Shown here piece after piece: positions 53,389 through 64,000 of a stretch of DNA of 64,000 nucleotides (position 1 is the first letter of the stretch; the number at the start of each line of letters is the position of its first letter). This DNA is from Piromyces finnis finn (Eukaryota > Fungi > Neocallimastigomycota), in assembly GCA_002104945.1 (NCBI GenBank), contig MCFH01000001.1:434001-498000 (forward strand). The letters are read 5' to 3'. The notes beneath the pieces are model-generated. The model was not told the origin of the DNA. It worked only from the letters and a program-made list of their open reading frames with translations, and ran no database searches. The translations under genes and the position numbers were made by a program.

Positions 53389-56074
53389 ATGGATAATATA
53401 CCAGATGATGATGTAGATGCATACTTATATGATGAAGGAGATGCAGGTTTGAATATACTTTAATAAAATAAAATATAAAAATAATATTGATATAATTTCT
53501 GTTTATTAAGCTGAGAATAATATTATCACAATAATATACTAAATCATTCAATTTTAAATTAAAATATAAAGAAATTAAAACTGATAAAATAAGGTAATAA
53601 AATATATAACATTGTATTATTTATATTTATTAATTATATAATTAACAAGTTTTAACGCTTAAGAAATAATTTTTGTTTTAACTAAATGTATTCTTAAAAA
53701 TTTGAAATATTTCTTATTTTAATATGTTATTAAATGGTTTAAATATTAAAGTTCAAAAGATGATAAAAATAGTGAACAAAGTAAGAAAAATTTACAAAAT
53801 TCAACATATGAAGCCATAAAAGATAATAGTGATAATGAAAAAGGAAATAAAAATAATGATATAGAGAATATAGAAACATCAAAAGACAATAAAATGGAAG
53901 AAATAGAGGAAGAAGAAGAAGAAGAAGAAGATGATAGTGATTCCGTAAGAAATTAATTATGAAAGTATTTTTATAATATACCGATTAATATACAATTACT
54001 GATTTAAAATCAATATATCGAAAAAATAGGATATTGAAATTATTATGAATCCTGAACCACAAGAAGATCCAAAGTAATATTCAATAATTCAATTTTATTA
54101 ATTTCTTAAATGTATATATATATTATTCATATAATTTATTGATTTCTTTTAAATAATTAAATTTTATAGACAAAAACTTCAATTTAATAAACCTACAGCA
54201 AAAGGTAAATTCAATTAGTTACATTAATAAAAAAATAAAAATAATAATTATTAAGGAAATATTTATTTATATGTACATTTGTATTTATTATTATTTTTTT
54301 TAGAACAAGTAAATGGAATGGGAAAAAGTACAGTTGATATCAATGCACCAGGCCAATATGAAGGTCAAAACATATATGATGTTGATTTAGATTCTTTTGA
54401 AGAAAAACCGTGGAGAAAACCTGGTATTTATTAATATATTCGATTATTAATATATATATATATTTATTGTTTTATATATTAAATATATATTATATAAAAG
54501 GTTCTGATATAACGGATTATTTCAATTATGGTTTTAATGAACAAACATGGAGAGCTTATTGTTTAAAACAAAAACAAATAAGAGAAGAAAATAATTTACA
54601 AAAAAGAATAAACGTAATAATTTAAAATTATCATTTACATATTACATATTACTTAGAATTACTAAACAAAAAAAAAACATATTAATAAATAATATCAATT
54701 AAATATTATGCCATTTATTTTGTAAATAAATCATATAAAAGGTATATGAATCAGGTTCAAATGAACAAGATATGGGTTTTGGTGAACAACAATCATCCAT
54801 GGGAAGATCAGGAAGAGGTGGATTTATCAACGAGAATTCAAGAATGAATGCTAATTTATCAAGTAATTAGTTTAAAGATTATTATATTATATTATGTATC
54901 ACTTTTTATATTTGTATGTATATATTAAAATTTAATATAAATATTAAAATAAAAGGAAAAATGTTAAGAGAACAAGATGACTCAGTAATACAAGTAATGT
55001 CTGGAGATAATCATGATGGAAAATCAATGCCAATAATGTAAGTTGTTAATGATAATTTAAAAGAAATAGTAATATTTTAATAATAACTAATATATTATGA
55101 ATTTTATTATTTATAAATACTGTTTATAATATAAAGGCCAATGGATTCTATGAAAATGAATTCACGAATGGAAAATGATTATATGGGCAATCCAATGAAT
55201 TCTCATTCATATCCAATACCAGACTTTAGTAATAACAATTATAGCAATAACAATAATTAATATTATTAATAATGAATTATCTTTTAATTTTAAATAAAAT
55301 TTTATTATCCTTAAATATTTTTAGATATACCACCAGATGGTATGGGAATGTTTGGAAACGATCCGGTAAGATTAATGTGTATAAATATTAATTATATATA
55401 TAACTAAAATGGTAGTAATATTTAATTAAAAAAAATCATCAAAATAGGCTATGAATGGTCCACCTCAGTTTTGGGGGCCTGAAATGGATCCAATGGGACC
55501 TATGGGTTATGATTTCCCACAACAACAACGCGGTAGAGGAAATATGGCAATGAGAAATATGCCAGGTCCAATACAAATGAGAAATATGCCAGGTAAGAAT
55601 AAAAATAAAAATAAAATATATAATTATTCTTGATTAAATAATGTGGATAATAATATTATAAACCTTTTTATGTATAACATCTATATTTATTTATTAAAAA
55701 GGTCAATATTGGGATAATAATCAACATAATTCAAATAATCAAATGAATAGAATGCAACAACATAATTATAATAATTTCAATCAAGGGAGATCCAAAAATA
55801 ATAATGGCGACAATGATAATAATAATAATAATAGTATGAAAAGCAGTAATAATAAAAGTAAAAGTAAAAGTAATGACAGGGATCAATCTCAAGAACGTGA
55901 CAGACATGATGATTCTAAGTCCAAAGATGATAACGGATCATCTTCAAGACATAGTAGAAGTGAAGATCGTGATCATAAAAAGTCTAAAAATAAAATAGAT
56001 AAAGATAAAAAAAAGGTAAATGTTCAAAGCATAATTTATCACTTTTTTTAACATGATGGTATAAAGCTTGAACC

Positions 56075-56120
<46 letters not shown>

Positions 56121-56253
56121 TTAATAATTTTTTTTTTTAATATTTAATTAGGATAAACGTTCAAGAAGTAGTAATCAAGATGAAGAAAGATGGTCAAGAA
56201 AAAGAAGTCACAATGATAATGATGATAACCAAAAATCAAAAAGAAGATATTAA
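53389..56253 (+). CDS. FIP1: Pre-mRNA polyadenylation factor Fip1 (multi-exon)
   Basis: Exons 54304-54423 ([14 protein letters not shown]) and 54501-54613 ([20 protein letters not shown]) form the Fip1 motif; acidic N-terminus, R/S/D-rich C-terminus, GT-AG introns. Some exon limits are approximate. Confidence 0.92.
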
Positions 56254-57626
56254 TATATAATATATGATATTATGTTTTATTAATATATTCAAGTTTATAA
56301 TTAATCTATTATATATATTAACTAAAATATTTATATATTAATAAATAAATAGATATTATGTATTTATAATAGTTATAAATAAATATATGAAATCAGTATT
56401 GAAATTATTGAAATTCATTAAATACTTTTTTTTTTATTAAAAAAATTAATGTTTATATTTAATTTTTAAGGCCTAAATAAAATCTTTAATATTTATAAAT
56501 ATATATTTATATTTATGCAATTGTATTTTTTTAGAATATGGAAATATAAAAATAAAATATATTAAATTTATTTAACTGAAAAGAAAAAAGATATATTATT
56601 ATTTTTTAAAAAGTAATAAGCATTTCCAAGTAATTTTATACTTTATATTATTATAATTTATAACAAGAATATTGCAATGAAAAAATATTATCTTTTTTTT
56701 TAAAAATAAAAATAAATATATAATATGTATATAAAAGGTTAAATATAATAAATCGGAACATTATTTAGTTTTAATTTCTATTCCTTTTTAATTTATAAAG
56801 ATGTAATAAAAATTAATTTTTTAATATATTTATTTACCTACATGCTTTGCAATAATTTTATTATAGTTAACATTATTATTAAAAATATATCTAGTTTTTA
56901 ACAACTGCTAGCTTTACAACTTTATGAATAATTAATAATAGGGAATTAAATGTAAATCACCATACTTATCTTTTTATCTTTTATTGAATAATATTTTTTT
57001 TATTCATATTATTCATATTATTATTTATATTATTATTATTATTATTATTTATCTTAATATATTCATTATGATATTAAAAGTCGAAACAATCATATATCAA
57101 GTATTTTATTTTTATATTATTTATAATTTAATATTTACATCTATATAATTCTTATTTTTTCTATTTTTTTCTAATAGAAATAATTGTTAAATTAAATTAA
57201 AACATATTATTTCATTTGACGCATTAACTTTTTTTGCATTATGATTTAAAATTAAAATGTGAGTTTATGTGTTTATGAGATATAAAATACTTTGTAGTAT
57301 TTAATTAATTCAACATGCTATATATTAAAATCTAATTAATACTAAAGGTTAGATTATAAATTTAGTGATTGATAAGTTTCAATAATGTATATTATGTATT
57401 AATACGATTGGTTAAATGATATGTATGTGTTTTATATATGTACAATATTTTTTTGTTTGATCTTCAAAGATGAAAAAAACAAAGCAGATTTATAAATAAT
57501 TTAATATATTATATATATTAAAGTATAAACATAATATATTGAATATAAATATTTTTTTTTTTTTTAAATATATATAGATTTTTTTTTTTTTTTTTTTTTG
57601 GTTCTCTCTTGAATTATTAATTTAAA

Positions 57627-58603
57627 ATGGTGTGTATTAAATAATATTAAATTATAAAATTTATAATTAAAAAATTTGTATTTATATTGAACAATTAATA
57701 AAAAAAGAAATAAGAATAATAAATTAAGAGTAAATAAATAAATAAATTTTAAAATGATGAAAAACAATGTTACTATTATATATTTCATGAATTAATGTAA
57801 TAACTGTTATTTAATAAATGAAAAATAAGTGAAAAACTGAAGAAGTTAGTAATCAAAAATTATTGTTTATAAATTCACATAATATAGTAACAATTTTCAG
57901 TATATATTTTAGATGATTATATATAAATTCACATAATATAGTAACAATTTTCAGTATATATTTTAGATGATTATATATAAATTCAAAACGAAATGGAATG
58001 GATGTAGATTATTATAAAAAAAAGTAATGATGATATCTTAGAATAAGACAAAAAGTTAATAAAATAAAGTTTTTTTTTATTACTTTAAGCAATTAAAGCA
58101 GTAAAAATTATAGTTGATTAAAAAATAATGAAAAAAAAAACTATTCATATACTAATATTTAATATATATTTAAATAAAAAAAGGCTCCAGATAAATCAGT
58201 TAAAGCTAAGTCCGGTGGTAAGGGAAAGAAGAAGGTTGGTTCGAAAAAAAAATACTAAAATAAATTTAATACCATATTAAAAATATGATATTTATATATA
58301 TGGTATTTTAAATATTAATTAATAATTAAAATATCAATATTTAATGATAAGTAGTGGTCTAGTGGAAAGGTTAAGGACAAGTCTAACAACGCTGTTACTT
58401 TCGATAAGGAAACCTATGACAGACTTTTCAAGGAAGTTCCAACTTACAAGTTAATTACTCCATCACAATTAGTCGATCGTCTTAAGATTAATGGTTCATT
58501 AGCTCGTGCTGCTCTTAAGGAACTTGAACAAAAGGGTTTAATTCGTTTAATTTCATCTCACAAATCTCAACTTATTTACACTAGAGCTACTTTAGAACAA
58601 TAA
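57627..58603 (+). CDS. RPS25: 40S ribosomal protein S25 (3 exons: 57627-57629, 58184-58234, 58355-58603)
   Basis: GGKGKKK|[37 protein letters not shown]...[13 protein letters not shown]...IYTRAT. The ATG-only first exon is inferred from ATG|GTGTGT after a pyrimidine tract. Confidence 0.93.
57868..57985. repeat. 54-bp tandem duplication in RPS25 intron 1
   Basis: TATAAATTCACATAATATAGTAACAATTTTCAGTATATATTTTAGATGATTATA x2, plus 10 nt. Confidence 0.9.
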
Positions 58604-59239
58604 GTGATTTGAATTGCAGATAAAATTGAAACATTAAAACTTTAAATTGTTCGATTTATAATAAGAAATAATAAGAATTAATGTAAATTAAATAATATTT
58701 ATTGTCCCTAAATAAAAAGCCATTGAGATAAAAAAGAAAATTTATATAATATATTTTTTTATTAAAGATTTAGTAATTGAACTAAAAATTTTTTTTTTCT
58801 TTTCATTTTGCATACAGGACTAGGAAATATTATAAGGTTATGTATTTCTAATGAAATAATAGGAATACAATTTTTATCATTAAATAATAGTATGGCAATT
58901 TAGTAATTTTATATTTTGAAAGGTTTTCTTTTAATGTTTATTACCAATAAATGATAGAGAGATAATTGTTTCATATTGGATTCAAAGATTTTAAAAAAAT
59001 TATTGGTTTGGAATAATTATTTATAAATTTTTTAAATTTACTAAACCATAATTATTAAAGTTAAAAATATTTTAAATATAAAATGTCTTATGTAGTGATA
59101 ATTTTTTCCCTTTTTTATTTAAAATGATATGAAGAAATGGTTTTTTTTATGAGTTAACATTGTATATATAAAAGAAAAATTATTATAGTTATTTCACTAA
59201 AGTAATTATATAATAGTTAATAAAGAATATTTTTATATA

Positions 59240-61081
59240 ATGAGACGTATAAATAATTATTTAAAAATTGTAGCAAGATGTGATAATGACGAAGCAATTA
59301 TTGAAAAATTCATAAAAAAATATAATATAGATGATATATTTACATACTTTTTTACAGAGACCACAAAAGAAGTTGAAGATATAAGATTTATTTTCGATGG
59401 ATTGAAATTTTTTTCATTGAAAGCAAAGGATGCATCATTAAATGGACATAGAGAAGAAGCTCTATCCTTTTTAGCAATATTATTTCCACCAGTAACGTTA
59501 TTTTTAGCAAATAATAATTTAGTTCAACTAACTTTAAATGCAGATGATGTTTTGGTAAGAATTATTATTCCTGTAAAATATTTTAGAACAAGAGTGGTAT
59601 ATAAAGCGTTCTGTCAAGCCATATTATCTTCAAATGCGATTGAATATAATTCGAATGGATTAATTTTAGTAATGAATCCTGATGTACTAACCTTATTTAC
59701 AGAAGTAATTAAAGTAATTATTGAAATTATGGCAAGAAAGTCGTACAAAAAAATTATATTAATGGGATTAAGGAAGGGAAATATAGATTGTTTATGTAAT
59801 GATAGAACTTTAACCAATGATCCAAATATTTTAGCTTGGCAAGATATACTATCCATTCCTAATAAAATCTGTAGTCCATGGAGAGGTAGAGTTGTTAAAA
59901 GTTTATGGACTCAAAAAATTAATTATGGTAATGTATTTTACTCCAATGAAAAAAATCCAAAACCTTCTTTACATAAATTAGAACATCGTGGAATAAGCAT
60001 CTTCCATTTCTTTATTTTAATTATAAAAACATTGATAGCATTAATTCCAATTGTAGGATTTATATTTTGTTGTATTTTTTATATTATAGAAGAAAAAAAA
60101 TATTTAAATAAGATTAAAAAAAAAGTTACACAACAAAGTTATGAACAGAAGAAAAATTTTCAGGAAGTATTTGATGAAAGGCATGTTCAAGCTATAAATG
60201 ATGTGTTAACTGTTAGCTCTGGAAAGACACTAGCTATTCTTTTCCAAAGAAATATTTTCCGTATCTTAAAGTAAAAAAAAAAAAAAATTAATTATAATAT
60301 ATATTTTAATTAGCAATATACCAATAAAATAATATTAATTATATTATATATAAATATATATGTTTATTTAAAATATTCAATTTATTGATTTACCTCATTA
60401 CTTTAATATTAATTTAATAATAATAGCGTTATTATGATTTGGTTATTTATATTCAACAATATATTATTATGGGAAGTTCCTGATTTTTTAGATGGTGTAT
60501 TCAATCAAGAGTTTTTTAATATAGTCAAAAACTTTGATATAACTATTGGTGAAAAAACCTATAGAATAGTAGGTCTTATTACTATAATATTATTAACATG
60601 CTTTGTTATTTTTATGTTTGGCTTTATTTTGCCAACATCTTTAGAAACATGTCACCGTTTAAACAAAAAAAAAGATATATTACCATATATTGTATTAATT
60701 ACTTATTTAGAATGTATAAACTTAAGTATTTCTATTAGTGATACTTTAGTTGAAAATCATTTTATTAAACTTTGTTTCTGGGGTATTTATAGTAATGGTG
60801 GATTAGGTTGTGATTATAATTGTGGATATATACCATTCACTAAATGGATTGTTAATAACTATGATTTAAGATATTGTGCTGTTATTAATAACAAATTTTT
60901 AGAAGAGTCAGTAAATGATTTTTCAATTGCCATAACTCGTTATAATAAATATAAAAAATTTGGAAATCGAAGTATTCCTCCTTTCATAAGTATTGATACT
61001 GATGGAAAACAATGTGATATTATGGACTTTGAAATGGAACATAATATAGTAAAGGATATTGGAATCTTAAAACTACAATAG
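59240..61081 (+). CDS. Hypothetical multi-pass membrane protein (~560 aa; probably two exons, 59240-60270 and 60427-61081)
   Basis: The two track ORFs join in frame through a GT-AG intron 60271-60426 (AA|C = Asn); several hydrophobic segments; no recognisable family. Confidence 0.65.
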
Positions 61082-62120
61082 TTCTCCCCCCCAAAGATAA
61101 AAGTAAAATAATATTTTATATAATCATGCTATTTGTAATATTTATGAAGTACTGAGTGATAATAATATGTAGTATATAATTTCAATATAAAAAAAAAGTC
61201 ACCATGTAAATATAATATAATTATGTAATGTGTATATAAGAAAATGTCAACTATAAAACTATTATTTAAAAACTTTTTGAAATGTTTATTACATTTTTAT
61301 CTGTAAACATTTCTTTTATAATACATAACTTTTACCGCCGTATAGCAATATAATTTAATATACTGCACAGTATATTAATAAATTAGAAAAAATTAAAATT
61401 TTAATAAATTATTTTATAAAATTTATTTCAAAAAATTAAAAATTCTTTTATTACTTTTTATTTATTTATTTTAAAAAATAAAAAACAATAAAATAATTGA
61501 AATTTAAACATTATATATATGGTATGTATGAGCTAATTTTATTTTCGTGGTAATTTCATTGAATTAGTGAAATTAAAGTACTTTTGAATTCATTATAATA
61601 TTAAAATAGAAAATATGAATTAACATAAAATATCTTTTAAAATTTCACATTAAATATAATTATTCAATTATAAAAAATAAAAGTTTGACATCCATTTAGA
61701 AATAAGAATATGCTATTTCAGTAATTGTTGTAATAAATTATTAATAATTATATACATATATATAAAATTGGTAGAATTATAATGATTTTTTATGTTGATT
61801 TATATTTATTTAAAACAAATATCAAAATTATATAAAATTTCAATAAAAACATTTAATTTTCAATTATATTTTTTGTTTAAAATTCAATTGATAAATCATT
61901 ATATTTTGATTTTAAAATTCTTCAACGACAACAACATATATATATTAACCCTTTTTTTTTTTATTTATACATATATACATTTGTATCATAGGATTTTAAT
62001 ATAGTCAATTATCAACATTTTAAACAACAAAATAATTATAAATTTTATTAAAGGATATAAAATATCAAGTATAAAAATATTTTAAACATAACTTTAAACT
62101 GAAATTTACTAGAAATTATT

Positions 62121-62121
62121 A

Positions 62122-62196
<75 letters not shown>

Positions 62197-62197
62197 A
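62121..62197. repeat. (TAAA)n microsatellite upstream of USO1
   Basis: Tetranucleotide run. Confidence 0.9.
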
Positions 62198-62209
62198 TAG
62201 AAAAAACAA

Positions 62210-62657
62210 ATGCAATTTTTTACGAGTAAATTTCGAAGTCAAGCAGCATCAGCTCCACCTTCAGGAGCAGAAATGGTTGAAAAATATTGTGATAGAGCAA
62301 CACATGCGACATTAATAGAAGATAGGAGGGCTGCTGTACTTGGTTTAAAAGGATTAGCTCATAAATATAAACTTGTAATTAAATTAAATTAAAGTTATGT
62401 AAATTAAAATGAAATAAATTTAATAATTATTATATTATCATTATATGATATTTGTAATAATAGGAAGTTGGTATTAAAGGTATGTCTGTATTACTCGATA
62501 TTTTACAACAAGATATTATGGATACAGAAATCACAAAAGCAGTATTGGAAGCATTGACAATTTTGTGTTCACCAAAAGTAAATGTAGTATTATTTAATAT
62601 TTATTAAGCTATTATTTATTCATTTTGTCTTATCTATATAGAAAATAGAAATTACTT

Positions 62658-62754
<97 letters not shown>

Positions 62755-64000
62755 TGCTACTAATAATAATAATAATAATAATAATTTGTATTAAGGATTC
62801 AGAGGAAGAGAAAGAATCAGAATCAAAAGATAAAACGCAAGATGACCTTAGTATTCAGTTTACTGAAATTTTAATAAAAGTAAAATTTAAAATTGCTATT
62901 GTATTTTTTTATTTAAAAATTTATCAATAGATTGTAATTTTAATATTGTATATCCATTTTTATTAAAGGATCCAAAAAATGTAACAACTTTGCTTCAAGC
63001 TTTAGAAGGAAGTGATTTCTATGTTCGCTATTTCACTATACAATTATTAAATGCTCTTATGAATAATAAGCCAAATCAATTCCAAACCTGTATCTTAACA
63101 AGCCCAATGGGTGTTTCTAAATTAATAGATTTATTAGATGATAAAAGAGAAATTATAAGAAATGGTAAAATTTATTATTTAATTATACTAAGTTTTATTA
63201 TATTGATATTTCTTTACCTAATAGTCTTTAATAGAAACTATTATATATATATATATATATAAACAAAACGAAATTAATGGCTAAATAATAATTTTGATTC
63301 AATATTTAACTAAATTATAATTTATAATAATAGAGGGACTTTTACTATTAATTTCATTATCAAGATCAAACGCTGAAATTCAAAAAATTATTGCTTTTGA
63401 AAATGCATTTGAAAAGTTATTAGGTATTATATTACAAGAAGGTGTTACTGATGGAGGAATTGTTGTCCAAGATTGTTTACAATTAACCCATAATCTTTTA
63501 AGATATAATGTTTCAAATCAAGTAGGCATACAAATTTTACTATATCAATTAAATACAAATAAATAATAATTAAAAATTGAAATTAATAATAAATATTAAA
63601 AAAACATATAAAATAATATTTGAATTTATTATATGAATTTTAAATTTAGAATCTATTTAGAGAAAGTAGTTGTATTCAAGTATTACCAAAATTACTAGTA
63701 TCAAGAATTCAAGGACCAAAAAATACTCTTAAAGAAATTAGTTTAACTGATCCAGAAAATGAATGGACTGATCAAAAAATTGTTAATGCTACATTAATAT
63801 TAGGCCTTATTCGTATTTTGGTTGTTCCTAATAATCCAAATACCACAGTAAATCAGGTAACTATTATTTATTTTTATTTTTGATAAACATTTCTTATCAA
63901 AAGTAAAAAAAAAAAAAAATTAATATTTATTATATATATTTTTAATAACAACTAAAAATAGAACGTAATGTTTCAATGTAAAATTATGGATATTTTAATT
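62210..64000 (+). CDS. USO1: Vesicle tethering factor Uso1/p115, 5' exons (continues past the window)
   Basis: SGAEMVEKYCDRATHATLIEDRRAAVLGLKGL..., ILTSPMGVSKLIDLLDDKREIIRN, EIQKIIAFENAFEKL: the p115 armadillo head. Confidence 0.92.
62660..62786. repeat. Compound (AAT)n/(ACT)n microsatellite in a USO1 intron
   Basis: Direct reading. Confidence 0.9.

Noticed and set aside
57754-57840. Box C (ATGATGA) and box D (CTGA) about 87 nt apart in RPS25 intron 1
   Set aside because: No terminal stem and no recognisable rRNA-complementary guide; plausible by chance in AT-rich DNA. snoScan would decide.

Overview
Very AT-rich eukaryotic DNA; inferred (not proven) to be an anaerobic gut fungus (Neocallimastigomycota), from the AT content, short AT-rich introns and fungal-type genes. 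Bases 1-53107 are entirely transposon-derived and can be dismantled using target-site duplications (TSDs). At least seven LTR insertions with 4-bp TSDs (D-like LTR, A1, H, A2, G, A3 and the intact element E) are stacked end to end at one site 11-16 nt upstream of a tRNA-Arg(UCU) gene (53124-53197). A tRNA-Ala-derived SINE inside this stack is a second hot spot: a solo LTR (F) and a full element (D) sit at its 5' end, D at the same distance from the B box as the TTAA site at the tRNA. Six chromovirus insertions with 5-bp TSDs (five full elements, one solo LTR; Tf1-like self-priming) are nested inside the other elements. The tRNA-Ala-primed, -1 frameshifting element E and a self-priming chromovirus share a ~145-nt 5' UTR RNA fold with five compensatory base-pair changes. 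Right of the tRNA is ordinary gene-dense DNA: FIP1, RPS25, an unknown membrane-protein gene and the 5' part of USO1/p115.
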